Positions 47,719 through 64,000 of a DNA stretch of 64,000 bases are shown one piece after another. The notes beneath the pieces were generated by a model. The model saw only the letters and a list, made by a program, of their open reading frames with translations. It had not been told where the DNA came from and made no database searches. The first letter of the stretch is position 1. The number at the start of each line of letters is the position of its first letter. The stretch comes from Pseudomonadota bacterium (GTDB lineage Bacteria; Pseudomonadota; Gammaproteobacteria; Burkholderiales; JAJZQI01): contig JAJZQI010000008.1 of NCBI GenBank assembly GCA_021851875.1, positions 48,359-112,358 of the forward strand, given 5' to 3'. Position numbers and translations under genes: made by a program.

Positions 47719-48216
47719 ATGAGACGCCTGCTTATATTGTCACTCGTTATTGCTCTGGCCGGTTGTGGCGGCAGCGGGTTGGAAGATCTGCAACAGTTTG
47801 TGCAGGAGTCCGGCAAGGACATGCGCGGCAAAGTGGAGCCTTTGCCCGATGTGAAACTGCCGGAGCAGTTTGTCTACAACGCATTTGAATTGCCGGATCC
47901 GTTCAAGCCGCGCAAGTTGAAATCGGAGGCCGGCAGCGTCCGCCCTGACCAGGAAAACCGGGTGAAGGAAGCGTTGGAGGCCTATCCGCTGGAAAACCTC
48001 AAGCTGATGGGTATGATGCAGCGAAAAGGGGTGAATTACGCCCTGATACTGGACCCCGATGGCAAGCTGCATTATGTGAAGGCGGGGAATTATATGGGGC
48101 AGAATTTTGGCCTGATCACCAAGATCACTCCCGAGAGCCTGACGCTGAAAGAGATCGTGCCCGATGGTGGGGACTGGGTGGAAAAAGAAACCGTGCTGTC
48201 CATGCCGCAAAGCTAG
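47719..48216 (+). CDS. pilP: Type IV pilus assembly lipoprotein PilP
   Basis: Lipobox LALAGCGG. It abuts the pilO stop. Confidence 0.85.
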   Translation: MRRLLILSLVIALAGCGGSGLEDLQQFVQESGKDMRGKVEPLPDVKLPEQFVYNAFELPDPFKPRKLKSEAGSVRPDQENRVKEALEAYPLENLKLMGMMQRKGVNYALILDPDGKLHYVKAGNYMGQNFGLITKITPESLTLKEIVPDGGDWVEKETVLSMPQS

Positions 48217-48229
48217 GGAGTGAAAGATC

Positions 48230-50395
48230 ATGACAACAATCAAATTGCAAAAGGATGCGGTGATGGGTGTGCAAAGCGGGATCAAGTGGCTCGCCACGCT
48301 GCTATTGGGCCTGATGGCGATGATGGCGGTTATGGCACGGGCGGATGTTGCGCCGGATAGCGGCAACGAAGTGCAGCAAATCCAGTCGAGCAGCATGCCG
48401 GGGGGGGAGATGGTGGTCAAGATTACCATGAAGAGCCCCCTGACCGTTTTGCCGCCCAGTTTTGCAACCAATGTTCCGCCGCGTATTGCCCTGGACTTGG
48501 CCAACACGATGAATGGCCTGAATAAAAATAATGTGGCCGTGGAAGAGGGGCCGCTGCGCAGCATTAATGTGGTCCAGGCAGGCAGCCGTACACGCCTGGT
48601 GCTGAATTTGAGCAAGGCCGCCAGTTATGAGACCAAGCTGGATGGCAATAATCTGATGATTTCGCTCAAGGCGAGCGACGTGCCGAATGTGACCAGCACC
48701 AGCGGTATGCGTTTTGCAGAAGCAGCGCGACCAGGCCTAACACGTAATGAAATCCAGAATGTGGATTTCCGCCGCGGCAAGGATGGCCAGGGCCGCATTA
48801 TCGTCGATATGACGCAAAACAACACGGCCGTGGACGTTCGTCGTCAAGGCAAGACCTTGGTGGTGGAGTTCCAGAATTCAAAGATTCCTTCGGCACTCGA
48901 ACGTCGCTTGGATGTGATCGATTTCGGCACACCGGTACAAGCGGTAGACGCAGTGAATCAGGGCAACAATGCCCGTCTGGTGATTGAGCCGAAAGGGCAG
49001 TGGGAGCATTCGGCCTACCAGATCGATAAGCAGTTTGTTGTGGAAGTTAAGCAAGCAGCCGATGACAGCAGCAAATTGGGCAAGAAGGGATACTCGGGCG
49101 AGAAGATTTCCTGGAGTTTCTCTGATCTGCCGATCAAGGACTTCCTCAAGCTCATCGGCGAGGAATTCGGTATCAATATCCTCATGAGTGAAAGCGTAAC
49201 CGGCACGATTTCGCTGAATATCAAGGACGTTCCGGTCGACCAGGCGCTCGATATCGTGCTGCAGAAGAAAGGCTTGTCGACCCGCAAGACTGGCAACGTG
49301 CTGTATGTGGCGCCGACCGACGAATTGCTGACGAAAGAGAAGCTTGAACTGGAAGCGCGTCAGCAGATTTCCGAACTGGAGCCGCTGCAGACCGAAATGT
49401 TCCAGCTGAAGTATGCTCAGGTTGAAACGTTCAAGTCGATCTTTAGCGATGACAAAAACAAGATTCTGTCCAAGCGCGGCAGCGCCGTGTACGACACGCG
49501 CACCAACAGCCTGTTTGTCAACGATACGCCGACCAAGCTGGAGGAGATTCGCAAACTGATCGAGAAGACCGACGTGCCGCAGCGTCAGGTGATGATCGAA
49601 ACCCGTATCGTTGAAGCGAACGATAACTTCAGTAAAAACCTGGGCGCACGCTTGGGTATTCATCAGCCCAACGCCAGTGGCGAGACCTTTACCAGCAACA
49701 GCAACGACCGTGTTGTTTTGGGCGGGTCCCTGGCGGATACGGGGTACCATACCAACCAGTCCTCCACGACGCCGGACTTCCTGACGCAGGCAATGAACGT
49801 GAACATGCCTGCTGCTGGTCTGGGTGGTTTTAATCCGGGCGCCTTGGCATTGACCTTGTTCCGTGCCGGCGCGGGACGTTTCCTGAACCTGGAGATTTCC
49901 GCTCTTGAGGCGGATGGCAATGGTAAGGTGATTTCCAGCCCACGCGTGGTGACCGCCAACAACGTTGAAGCCACAATCGAACAGGGTACTGAGATTCCCT
50001 ATCAGCAGGCCAGCAGTTCGGGCGCTACATCGGTTGCGTTCAAGAAAGCGGTGCTGAGCCTGAAGGTGAAGCCGCAGATTACGCCGGATGACAACGTGAT
50101 CATGGATCTGAACGTAACCAAGAACTCGCCGGACTACAGTCGTGTGCTGTTTGGCGCAGTACCGATCAATACCAAGCAGATCAACACGCAGGCATTGGTG
50201 GAAAACGGCGGTACTGTGGTAATCGGTGGTATTTACACCCAGGATCAGGGTACTACGGTAACTAAAGTGCCGTTGTTCGGCGACATTCCGGTGGTGGGCA
50301 ATCTGTTCCGCAATAAGGCTTCTACTAACAACAAGACCGAGCTGCTGATTTTCGTGACGCCGAAGATCCTGAAAGAAGATCTGAACGTTCGCTAA
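48230..50395 (+). CDS. pilQ: Type IV pilus secretin PilQ
   Basis: AMIN-like N-terminal repeats and the secretin C-terminus VPLFGDIPVVGNLFRNK..ELLIFVTPKIL. Confidence 0.95.
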   Translation: MTTIKLQKDAVMGVQSGIKWLATLLLGLMAMMAVMARADVAPDSGNEVQQIQSSSMPGGEMVVKITMKSPLTVLPPSFATNVPPRIALDLANTMNGLNKNNVAVEEGPLRSINVVQAGSRTRLVLNLSKAASYETKLDGNNLMISLKASDVPNVTSTSGMRFAEAARPGLTRNEIQNVDFRRGKDGQGRIIVDMTQNNTAVDVRRQGKTLVVEFQNSKIPSALERRLDVIDFGTPVQAVDAVNQGNNARLVIEPKGQWEHSAYQIDKQFVVEVKQAADDSSKLGKKGYSGEKISWSFSDLPIKDFLKLIGEEFGINILMSESVTGTISLNIKDVPVDQALDIVLQKKGLSTRKTGNVLYVAPTDELLTKEKLELEARQQISELEPLQTEMFQLKYAQVETFKSIFSDDKNKILSKRGSAVYDTRTNSLFVNDTPTKLEEIRKLIEKTDVPQRQVMIETRIVEANDNFSKNLGARLGIHQPNASGETFTSNSNDRVVLGGSLADTGYHTNQSSTTPDFLTQAMNVNMPAAGLGGFNPGALALTLFRAGAGRFLNLEISALEADGNGKVISSPRVVTANNVEATIEQGTEIPYQQASSSGATSVAFKKAVLSLKVKPQITPDDNVIMDLNVTKNSPDYSRVLFGAVPINTKQINTQALVENGGTVVIGGIYTQDQGTTVTKVPLFGDIPVVGNLFRNKASTNNKTELLIFVTPKILKEDLNVR

Positions 50396-50416
50396 GGCAG
50401 TTTGGTGTAAGATACT

Positions 50417-50451
50417 CCGGCAAGGTAGGAATACCTTGCCGGATTTTTTTT
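50417..50451 (+). terminator. Rho-independent terminator after pilQ
   Basis: CCGGCAAGGTA-GGAA-TACCTTGCCGG (11-bp stem) followed by ATTTTTTTT. Confidence 0.8.
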
Positions 50452-50461
50452 GATGGTATCT

Positions 50462-51004
50462 ATGAAAGAAAATATTGTTCTCGTGGGTTTGATGGGGGCC
50501 GGCAAAACCACCGTCGGGCGTCAGCTTGCGCGACAGCTGAACCTGCGTTTTGTTGACTCGGATCATGAAATAGAGGCGCGCACCGGAGTCACGATTCCCG
50601 TAATTTTCGAAATTGAGGGCGAAGAAGGGTTCCGCAACAGGGAATCCACTGTGCTGCAGGAGATTGCCGAGGAAGAGGGTCAAGTGATTGCAACCGGTGG
50701 CGGCGCGGTGCTGCGGCCGCAAAATCGCCGGCTGCTTAAGGCGCATGGAACAGTTGTTTATTTGCGTGCCACGGTCGATGAGCTGTGGCAACGCACCCGT
50801 CACGACCGCAACAGACCACTCCTGCAAACCGAAGACCCCAAAGCCAAGCTTGCCAGTTTGTATGGCCAGCGCGACCCGCTTTACCACGAAGTCGCCGACA
50901 TCGTGGTCGACACAAGCAGACAGAGCGTACAAAACCTGGTGCAGCAACTGCTGGAAAAGCTGGAGCACTTCGGTGTAACGAAATTGAAGGATGCAAAAGC
51001 ATGA
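50462..51004 (+). CDS. aroK: Shikimate kinase
   Basis: Walker [19 protein letters not shown] 50462 is preferred, with 50453 as an alternative. Confidence 0.9.
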   Translation: MKENIVLVGLMGAGKTTVGRQLARQLNLRFVDSDHEIEARTGVTIPVIFEIEGEEGFRNRESTVLQEIAEEEGQVIATGGGAVLRPQNRRLLKAHGTVVYLRATVDELWQRTRHDRNRPLLQTEDPKAKLASLYGQRDPLYHEVADIVVDTSRQSVQNLVQQLLEKLEHFGVTKLKDAKA

Positions 51005-52092
51005 TGCAAACCTTGACGGTCGACCTGGGCGATCGCAGCTACCCGATTCACATCGGACCCGATCTGTTGCGGCAAGCCGGTCTGCTGGTCCCGCATCTGC
51101 AGCAGCCCAGGGTTGCGATCGTGACCAACACCACTGTTGCACCGCTGTACCTGAGCACGCTCCAGCAAGCATTGGAGCAAGCGGGGGTGCAAGTGCTACC
51201 TGTCGTGCTGCCGGACGGTGAGGTGTATAAGACCTGGGAAAGTCTCAACCTGATTTTCGATGCCCTGCTGCAACACCGCTGCGAAAGGAAAACGACCCTG
51301 ATCGCACTCGGGGGGGGGGTGATAGGAGATTTGACCGGTTTTGCCGCCGCCTGCTACCTCAGGGGAGTGCCATTTATCCAGATTCCCACAACCTTGCTGG
51401 CGCAGGTGGATTCATCGGTCGGGGGCAAGACCGGCATCAACCATCCGCTGGGCAAGAATATGATCGGCGCATTCTATCAGCCGCGTGTTGTGCTGGCGGA
51501 TACGGCGACATTGAATACTTTACCGGATCGTGAGTTGTCTGCGGGATTGGCTGAGGTCATCAAATACGGCCTGATCCGCGATGCGGCGTTTTTTGCCTGG
51601 CTGGAGCAAAACATGACGCGCCTGGTCGAGCGGGACCCGGCCGCTCTGGCCGAGGCCATTGCGGTGTCGTGCCGCAACAAGGCGGAAGTTGTGGCGGCTG
51701 ACGAGAAAGAGAGCGGGCAGCGCGCATTGCTCAACCTGGGGCACACATTCGGTCATGCCATCGAAGCGGGGATGGGCTACGGCAACTGGCTGCACGGCGA
51801 GGCTGTGGCAGCCGGCACCATGCTGGCTGCCCGGCTATCGCTGGCCTTGGGTTGGCTAACTGCGGCCGATGTTCAGCGCATCAGGACACTGTTTGTGCAG
51901 GCCGGATTGCCGGTCGTGTCCCCCGATCTGGGAGTGGACAGCTATATGGATATGATGGGGCTGGACAAGAAAGTGGAAGGCGGGAAGATCCGCTTCATTC
52001 TGCTGCAGGGCATTGGCAAGGGCGTGATCAGCGGGGATGTGCCGCCGGACGTGCTGAAACAGGTCTTGGCGCGAGCTGCCCTCGATGACTGA
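51001..52092 (+). CDS. aroB: 3-dehydroquinate synthase
   Basis: [40 protein letters not shown] overlap with aroK. Confidence 0.95.
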   Translation: MMQTLTVDLGDRSYPIHIGPDLLRQAGLLVPHLQQPRVAIVTNTTVAPLYLSTLQQALEQAGVQVLPVVLPDGEVYKTWESLNLIFDALLQHRCERKTTLIALGGGVIGDLTGFAAACYLRGVPFIQIPTTLLAQVDSSVGGKTGINHPLGKNMIGAFYQPRVVLADTATLNTLPDRELSAGLAEVIKYGLIRDAAFFAWLEQNMTRLVERDPAALAEAIAVSCRNKAEVVAADEKESGQRALLNLGHTFGHAIEAGMGYGNWLHGEAVAAGTMLAARLSLALGWLTAADVQRIRTLFVQAGLPVVSPDLGVDSYMDMMGLDKKVEGGKIRFILLQGIGKGVISGDVPPDVLKQVLARAALDD

Positions 52093-53203
52093 GCATGTCG
52101 TTCCCTATGCGGTTAACCAAACGCGGGGACGGCGCCGTGGCGAGGCGGCTCCGACCGGGCGAACGGAATTTCAGCGTGACCGGGACCGGATCATTCATTC
52201 GTCGGCATTCCGGCGTCTCGAATACAAAACCCAGGTTTTCGTCAATCATGAAGGCGATCTGTTTCGCACGCGTCTGACACATAGCCTGGAAGTGGCGCAG
52301 ATCGGCCGCACGATTGCCCGCAGCCTGAAGTTGAACCAGGATCTGGTGGAGGCGGTCGCCCTGGCGCATGACCTCGGCCACACACCTTTCGGACACGCCG
52401 GGCAGGATACGCTTAACGCCTGCATGAAGCCTTTCGGCGGTTTCGAGCATAATCTTCAGTCGCTGCGGGTGGTGGATGTGCTGGAAGAGCGCTACGCCGA
52501 GTTTGACGGCTTGAATCTGTGTTACGAAACGCGCGAAGGGATCCTCAAGCACTGTTCCGTGGCGAATGCCAGGGAGTTGGGCGAGGTGGGGGAGCGGTTC
52601 CTGAAAAAGCAGCGGCCATCCCTGGAGGCCCAGGTGGCCAATTTGGCCGACGAGATCGCCTACAACAACCACGATGTGGATGACGGCTTGCGCTCCGGTT
52701 TGATCACGCTTGAACAGCTGAGCGAAATCAAGGTGTATGCACGGCATGAGGCCGAGGTGGCCGCGCTTTATCCCGCCTTGCCGCAGCGCCGGCTGATCTA
52801 TGAAACCGTCCGTCGCATGATCAATACGCTGGTAACCGATCTGGTGACGGAGTCGGGCCGGCGAATCGCCGAGGCCAACCCCCGTTCGGTCGATGAAGTC
52901 CGCTCTGCGCCGGCACTGATCGGTTTCAGTGAGGGGGTTGCCGCCGAACAGCACGAAATGAAGTCGTTTCTGCGCGAGGCGTTGTACCGGCACTACCGCG
53001 TGATGCGCATGACGAGAAAGTCGCAACGGATCATCGAGGATTTGTTTGCCGCTTTTCTGGACGAGCCGCGCCTGATGCCGCCGCAATATCAGGATAAGGC
53101 CAGAGAGGACAAGGCGCGCGCCGTGTGTGATTATATTGCCGGCATGACTGATCGCTATGCGATTGCGGAGCACAAACGGCTGTTTGCGGTGGACGAGGCC
53201 TGA
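52085..53203 (+). CDS. dgt: dGTPase-like HD-domain triphosphohydrolase
   Basis: [15 protein letters not shown] and [10 protein letters not shown]. Confidence 0.85.
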   Translation: MTEHVVPYAVNQTRGRRRGEAAPTGRTEFQRDRDRIIHSSAFRRLEYKTQVFVNHEGDLFRTRLTHSLEVAQIGRTIARSLKLNQDLVEAVALAHDLGHTPFGHAGQDTLNACMKPFGGFEHNLQSLRVVDVLEERYAEFDGLNLCYETREGILKHCSVANARELGEVGERFLKKQRPSLEAQVANLADEIAYNNHDVDDGLRSGLITLEQLSEIKVYARHEAEVAALYPALPQRRLIYETVRRMINTLVTDLVTESGRRIAEANPRSVDEVRSAPALIGFSEGVAAEQHEMKSFLREALYRHYRVMRMTRKSQRIIEDLFAAFLDEPRLMPPQYQDKAREDKARAVCDYIAGMTDRYAIAEHKRLFAVDEA

Positions 53204-53285
53204 GCGGGGCGGGTAACGGGGTGTCGTCGGGGCTGTCGCTGGCAGGGTATTTATGGCAATTTTAGAATGAAATGATGTCCTTGCA

Positions 53286-53314
53286 TTGAATCTATGACCG
53301 TAACCGGTTAAAAT
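53286..53314 (+). promoter_or_regulatory. Candidate sigma70 promoter of gltBD
   Basis: TTGAAT, a 17-nt spacer, then TAAAAT, ending 37 nt upstream of the gltB ATG. Confidence 0.35.
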
Positions 53315-53350
53315 CCAAGCCTTTTCTCTTGAATTTTTAGGTCTAGAGGC

Positions 53351-59213
<5,863 letters not shown>

Positions 59214-59275
59214 GGTGCGAGGGGCGAGGTGACTTGCCCTTCTTCCTTCCCTCTTCCCCTTCTCACGGTACAACC

Positions 59276-60337
59276 ATGAAACCGAAGAACGATACCTTTT
59301 TGCGCGCATTGCTGCGCCAGCCGACTGAATACACTCCCATCTGGATCATGCGTCAGGCCGGTCGTTACCTGCCGGAATACAACCAGACGCGTGCCCGCGC
59401 CGGCGATTTTCTGTCGCTGTGCAAAAGTCCGGATCTGGCCACGGAAGTGACCCTGCAGCCGTTGGCCCGTTTCGGTCTGGATGCGGCGATTCTGTTCTCC
59501 GATATTCTGACCATTCCCGATGCCATGGGGCTGGGCCTGTACTTCGCTGCCGGCGAGGGTCCCAAGTTCGAGCGCCCGCTGCGCGACGAATGGGAAATCC
59601 GCGATCTGGCTGCGCCCGATCCTGCTGACAAGCTGGGTTATGTGCTGGATGCCGTCAGCCAGATCCGCAAAGCGCTGGATAACAGCGTGCCGCTGATCGG
59701 TTTCTCCGGCAGCCCGTTCACCCTGGCCTGCTACATGGTCGAAGGCGGCGGCAGCGATGATTTCCGCCACATCAAGACCATGATGTACGCCCGCCCGGAC
59801 CTGTTGCATCGGATTCTGGAAGTGAATGCGGAAGCCGTGACCAGTTATCTCAATGCCCAGATCGAAGCCGGTGCCCAAGCCGTGCAGATTTTCGATTCCT
59901 GGGGCGGCGCCCTGTCGCATGCGGCCTACCATGAATTCTCCCTGCCGTATCTGGAGCGCATCATCAGCGGCCTGACCCGCGAGAAAGACGGCCAGCGTAT
60001 TCCGGTCATCGTCTTCACCAAGGGCGGCGGTCTGTGGCTGGAATCCATGGCCGATATCGGCGCCGATGCGCTGGGCCTGGACTGGACCGTCGACATCGGC
60101 GATGCCCGCCGTCGCGTAGGCGATAAAGTAGCGTTGCAGGGCAATCTCGACCCGGCCGTGCTGTTCTCCAACCCGGAAACCGTGCGTGCAGAAGCGGCCA
60201 AAGTGCTGCAAAGCTACGGCAAGGGCACCGGTCACGTATTCAACCTGGGGCACGGCGTGTCGCAATTCACCTCGCCGGAGAATGTGGCGGCATTGGTGGA
60301 CGCGGTGCATGAATTGAGCCGGGAAAATCACGGCTAA
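59276..60337 (+). CDS. hemE: Uroporphyrinogen decarboxylase
   Basis: [15 protein letters not shown] near the N-terminus. The track ORF from 59210 is an over-extension. Confidence 0.95.
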   Translation: MKPKNDTFLRALLRQPTEYTPIWIMRQAGRYLPEYNQTRARAGDFLSLCKSPDLATEVTLQPLARFGLDAAILFSDILTIPDAMGLGLYFAAGEGPKFERPLRDEWEIRDLAAPDPADKLGYVLDAVSQIRKALDNSVPLIGFSGSPFTLACYMVEGGGSDDFRHIKTMMYARPDLLHRILEVNAEAVTSYLNAQIEAGAQAVQIFDSWGGALSHAAYHEFSLPYLERIISGLTREKDGQRIPVIVFTKGGGLWLESMADIGADALGLDWTVDIGDARRRVGDKVALQGNLDPAVLFSNPETVRAEAAKVLQSYGKGTGHVFNLGHGVSQFTSPENVAALVDAVHELSRENHG

Positions 60338-60449
60338 ATGATCGGGTAGGGTGCAATAACCGTAGGGCATTGCACCTGATTGGGTTTGTTCTTTCAGTAG
60401 GCCGGGGGCGTTCCCGGCCAAGCCATGGCAAAATAGCCACATTACCCGA

Positions 60450-62660
60450 TTGCTTGTCGCTGACGTGACCGAACACACTTCACTCCGCATCGCTCATATC
60501 GCCCTCGACGTGCCCTTGCCGGGGCCGTTCGACTACCTCATCCCGCCCGCCTTTGCCGGGCTGCAATTAGGCCAGCGGGTGGTCGTGCCCTTCGGGCGTC
60601 GGCGCATGGCCGGCATCGTTGTCGGGTTGGCAGACAAGAGCGCGTTCGCGCAAGATAAACTCAAACCGATCCAGGAAGTATTTTCCGCAGAATCTCCCCT
60701 GCCTGACGAGTTGCTGGCGCTGCTGCAGTTTGCCAGCCAGTACTATCATTACCCGCTGGGCGAAACGGTCATGCGGGCGCTGCCAGGTTTGCTGCGTGAT
60801 GCTGAGTCTTTGCCGGAGCAGAAATTGGGCTGGCTGGCGCTGACGGATGCAGGACGCGAGGCGCTGGCCAATTTACCCAAGCGGGCGGTGGTTAAGCAGA
60901 AGCTGTTTGCCATGCTCAGCCATGCACCTGTCTGTTCCTACGATGCTTTGCGCGAGCAGGGCAGCAGCGCGGCGGCACAGGTGCGCGAGTGGCTGCAAAA
61001 TGGCTTGCTGCTTGCGGCAGAGCCGCCTGCGACCGATTATGCCGCTTCTTCCATTCCCAAGCTGAACCACGAGCAAACTGCCGCCGTACACAGTGTTCTG
61101 GCCAGCCTGGGGCAATTCAAACCCTGGTTGCTGCATGGCGTAACCGGCAGCGGCAAGACCGAGGTCTACCTCAACATTGTGGCCGAGGTGCTGGAGCGCG
61201 GCGGGCAGGCGCTGGTGCTGGTGCCGGAAATCAACCTCACACCGCAACTGGAAGGGCGTTTCCGCAACCGTTTTCCCAATCATCGGCTGGTTACTCTACA
61301 CAGCAACCTGGCCGAGGGCGAGCGATTGCGCAACTGGCAGGCTGCCGTCAGCGACAAGGCCGATGTGGTACTGGGCACGCGCTTGTCCATTTTTACGCCA
61401 CTGCCGCGACTGGCTATCATCATCGTCGACGAGGAACATGACGCCTCTTTCAAGCAGCAGGAAGGTCTGCGCTACTCCGCCCGTGATATTGCCGCGGTAC
61501 GCGCACAGCGGCGTAACGTGCCCTTGCTGCTGGGCTCCGCCACCCCCTCGCTGGAATCCTGGTACAACGCCCAGAGCGGCAAGTACGGTCTGCTGCAACT
61601 GAATGAACGGGCAGTGAACAGCGCCACCCTGCCCACTATCCGACGGGTGGATACCCGTGTTAACGAAGCCAATGAAGGGCTGACCGAGCCGGTTGTCGAG
61701 GCGCTGAAGAAGGCCGTCGCACGGGGCGAACAGGCGTTGGTGTTCCTCAATCGGCGCGGCTACGCTCCGGTGCTGTACTGCGGCGGCTGCGGCTGGAAGG
61801 CCGAGTGCCATCGCTGTTCCGCCGCGTTGGTGTGGCATGCCCGCCACAAGCGCCTGCGTTGCCACCATTGCGGCCATGAAGAGCGCCCGCCCGTTGCCTG
61901 TCCCAAGTGCGGCAATATGGACCTGCGTCCCGTTGGCGAGGGTACCCAGCGTATTGAAGACGTGTTGCAAAGCAGGCTGCCGCAGGCGCGCATTCTGCGC
62001 GTCGATCGCGACAGCACTCGCACCAAGGGCAGCTTCGATGCCATGCTGGAGCAGATACACGGGCGGGAGATCGATATTCTGGTCGGCACGCAAATGCTGG
62101 CCAAGGGGCACGACTTTCCCCGCGTGTCACTGGTGGTGGTGCTCAATGCCGATGGCGCCTTGTATAGCACCGATTTTCGCGCCGGCGAGCGGTTGTTCGC
62201 CCTGCTCATGCAGGTGGCCGGCCGTGCCGGGCGGGCCGAGTTGGCGGGCGAAGTGTGGATTCAGACGCAGTTTCCGGATCATCCGCTGTACCGCGCGCTG
62301 CAGCAGCACGATTACAACGGTTATGCTGCGGAATTGCTGACCCAGCGCAAAAGCGCAGGTTTCCCGCCCTACGAATTTCAGGCCGTATTGCGTGCCGAGG
62401 CGCATCAGGTACATCAATTGGAGCAGTTCCTGCAACAGGCCGCTAAACTGGCGATACCAATATCGCATGAGGTACTGGTGTTCGACCCGGTGGAAAGCCT
62501 CATGCCGCGTGTTGCTAACCGGCATCGTTGGCAGTTGCTGATTCAGTCGGAGTCGCGTCAGGCCTTGCAGAAAATGCTGTTTCAGTGGGAGCCGCAGCTG
62601 TGGCGGATCGCTTCGCGCGAATTGCGCTGGAACATCGATGTGGACCCGCTGGAGGTATAG
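60450..62660 (+). CDS. priA: Primosomal replication restart helicase PriA
   Basis: Walker A GVTGSGKTEVY, DEEH box IIVDEEHD, and the Cys-rich Zn insertion CGGCGW..CHRC..CHHCG..CPKCG. The start is uncertain (TTG 60450 or GTG 60465). Confidence 0.93.
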   Translation: MLVADVTEHTSLRIAHIALDVPLPGPFDYLIPPAFAGLQLGQRVVVPFGRRRMAGIVVGLADKSAFAQDKLKPIQEVFSAESPLPDELLALLQFASQYYHYPLGETVMRALPGLLRDAESLPEQKLGWLALTDAGREALANLPKRAVVKQKLFAMLSHAPVCSYDALREQGSSAAAQVREWLQNGLLLAAEPPATDYAASSIPKLNHEQTAAVHSVLASLGQFKPWLLHGVTGSGKTEVYLNIVAEVLERGGQALVLVPEINLTPQLEGRFRNRFPNHRLVTLHSNLAEGERLRNWQAAVSDKADVVLGTRLSIFTPLPRLAIIIVDEEHDASFKQQEGLRYSARDIAAVRAQRRNVPLLLGSATPSLESWYNAQSGKYGLLQLNERAVNSATLPTIRRVDTRVNEANEGLTEPVVEALKKAVARGEQALVFLNRRGYAPVLYCGGCGWKAECHRCSAALVWHARHKRLRCHHCGHEERPPVACPKCGNMDLRPVGEGTQRIEDVLQSRLPQARILRVDRDSTRTKGSFDAMLEQIHGREIDILVGTQMLAKGHDFPRVSLVVVLNADGALYSTDFRAGERLFALLMQVAGRAGRAELAGEVWIQTQFPDHPLYRALQQHDYNGYAAELLTQRKSAGFPPYEFQAVLRAEAHQVHQLEQFLQQAAKLAIPISHEVLVFDPVESLMPRVANRHRWQLLIQSESRQALQKMLFQWEPQLWRIASRELRWNIDVDPLEV

Positions 62661-62739
62661 GATGGCCGTGGTGAAATTGGCGATTTCCCCCCGCTGGGTT
62701 AACATTAGCGGTTTAAAGAAACCGATCAAGGAATCAGTC

Positions 62740-63120
62740 ATGTCTGGTCTGGACAAAGATACGCCGCGCCCGACTGAAATCAAGCTGCATCAGGTCTCGC
62801 GCAAGCTGGAAATCGCTTTTGACGATGGCAGCCGCTTTGAGCTGCCGTGTGAGTTTTTACGGGTGTATTCCCCCTCAGCCGAAGTGCGCGGTCATGGCCA
62901 CGGCCAGGAAGTGTTGCAAGTAGGCAAAAAGAATGTGGAAATCACCGGTATCGAGCCGGTGGGGCAGTATGCCATCAAGCTGGTCTTTTCCGACGGTCAC
63001 GACAGCGGGCTGTATTCCTGGGATTACCTGTACGAACTCGGCCTCAAGCAGGATATGCTGTGGGATCGTTACCTGCAGCAGATGCAGGAAGCCGGCGCAT
63101 CGCGCGAGTCGCTGATCTGA
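62740..63120 (+). CDS. DUF971 (gamma-butyrobetaine-hydroxylase N-terminal-like) protein
   Basis: LEIAFDDGSRFELPCEFLRVYSPSAE...DGHDSGLYSWDYL is typical of DUF971. The ATG follows AAGGAA. Confidence 0.75.
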   Translation: MSGLDKDTPRPTEIKLHQVSRKLEIAFDDGSRFELPCEFLRVYSPSAEVRGHGHGQEVLQVGKKNVEITGIEPVGQYAIKLVFSDGHDSGLYSWDYLYELGLKQDMLWDRYLQQMQEAGASRESLI

Positions 63121-63186
63121 TCGGCGAGTAGTGAACGGTGAGCGGTAAGTGGTGAACAGCAAACAGCAGCGACTTGGGAATTTATT

Positions 63187-63927
63187 ATGAGCGACGACAA
63201 AACCACACATTTTGGCTTTCAGACCGTGGCGGAAGCCGAGAAAGCCAAGAAAGTGGCCGGGGTGTTTCATTCGGTGGCGAGCAAATACGACATCATGAAC
63301 GATTTCATGTCGGCCGGGCTGCACCGCGTGTGGAAGCACTTCACCATTGCCCAGAGCGGTGTGCGTGAGGGCAGCCGGGTGCTGGATATTGCCGGCGGCA
63401 CGGCTGACCTGTCGCTGCAGTTTGCCAAGAAAGTGGGTAAATCCGGCCTGGTGGTGCTGACCGACATCAACAACTCGATGCTCACCGTCGGCCGTGACCG
63501 CATGCTGGATGCCGGTTACACCTTCCCTGCCGTGCAGGTGGATGGCGAAAAGATTCCGTTTCCGGATAATTTCTTCGATTGCGTGACGGTGGCTTTCGGT
63601 CTGCGTAACATGACCCACAAGGATCTGGCGCTGAAGGAAATGCATCGCGTACTGCGCCCCGGCGGTCGTCTGCTGGTGCTGGAATTCTCCCGTGTGTGGA
63701 AGCCGCTGGCGCCCGTGTACGATGCCTATTCCTTCAAACTGCTGCCGTTCATGGGCAAGCTGGTGGCCGACGACGCCGACAGTTACCGTTACCTGGCCGA
63801 GTCCATTCGCATGCACCCGGACCAGGAAACCCTCAAGGGCATGATGCTGGATGCCGGTTTCGAGCGGGTGGAATACCACAACATGACCGCCGGGGTCGTG
63901 GCGTTGCATAAAGGCTACAAGTTCTGA
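63187..63927 (+). CDS. ubiE: Ubiquinone/menaquinone C-methyltransferase
   Basis: [22 protein letters not shown] and the SAM motif [11 protein letters not shown]. Confidence 0.95.
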   Translation: MSDDKTTHFGFQTVAEAEKAKKVAGVFHSVASKYDIMNDFMSAGLHRVWKHFTIAQSGVREGSRVLDIAGGTADLSLQFAKKVGKSGLVVLTDINNSMLTVGRDRMLDAGYTFPAVQVDGEKIPFPDNFFDCVTVAFGLRNMTHKDLALKEMHRVLRPGGRLLVLEFSRVWKPLAPVYDAYSFKLLPFMGKLVADDADSYRYLAESIRMHPDQETLKGMMLDAGFERVEYHNMTAGVVALHKGYKF

Positions 63928-64000
63928 TGACGCCCCCCTTTACCGCAGCGGTTGCCGTTGCCTTCATCAATCATGTGTTGAAAGACGCGCCCTCGGCGCG
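63927..64000 (+). CDS. Start of the gene downstream of ubiE, possibly SCP2-domain UbiJ; 3' end lies outside the window
   Basis: The ATG overlaps the ubiE stop (TGATG). The frame is open to the window end ([24 protein letters not shown]). The function is guessed from synteny only. Confidence 0.4.
   Translation, partial: MTPPFTAAVAVAFINHVLKDAPSA

Noticed and set aside
60338-60449. Two 7-bp hairpins (GGTGCAA..TTGCACC and GGCCGGG..CCCGGCC) and an 8-bp distant inverted repeat (ATCGGGTA/TACCCGAT) between hemE and priA.
   Set aside because: They are short stems without U-tracts and match no riboswitch or sRNA motif I recognise. They are probably a weak terminator or REP-like filler.

Overview
The gene order (pilMNOPQ-aroKB-dgt-gltBD, mrcA, sdhCDAB-sdhE, hemB/hemE, priA, ubiE) looks like a betaproteobacterial chromosome. 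That taxonomic call is my inference and cannot be verified here. Three zones stand out. (1) Bases 1-9.55 kb are an accessory patch. It holds a Cys-phosphatase, a kinase-like ORF, a J-domain protein, a HIT protein, a VanY-type peptidase and a truncated DDE transposase with odd repeats. The most unusual part is 4640-9254: an integron-type cassette array with seven well-formed attC sites plus one degenerate terminal site, and no integron integrase in the window (CALIN-like). Its top strand is the window's minus strand, so the array lies directly downstream of gltX and in the same orientation. The cassettes carry a single-HKD PLD-family nuclease with an unassigned C-terminal domain, an M48 lipoprotein peptidase paired with a tail-anchored mini-protein, two small polytopic membrane proteins, and three inverted small ORFs with strong Shine-Dalgarno sites. 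(2) Bases 11-33 kb are an amino-acid and polyamine catabolic region: an Lrp-family regulator with dadA and alr, an agmatinase-family enzyme, a MocR regulator, puuD, puuA, spuC, potFGHI, gabD, puuC and an omega-aminotransferase. It contains four independently decayed genes: puuB, a porin, a class-III aminotransferase and mmsA. (3) Bases 33-64 kb are core housekeeping genes with no anomalies beyond a few regulatory hairpins. I saw no rRNA, tRNA or CRISPR array. Many long antisense ORFs in the track are stop-free shadows of GC-rich genes and are rejected.
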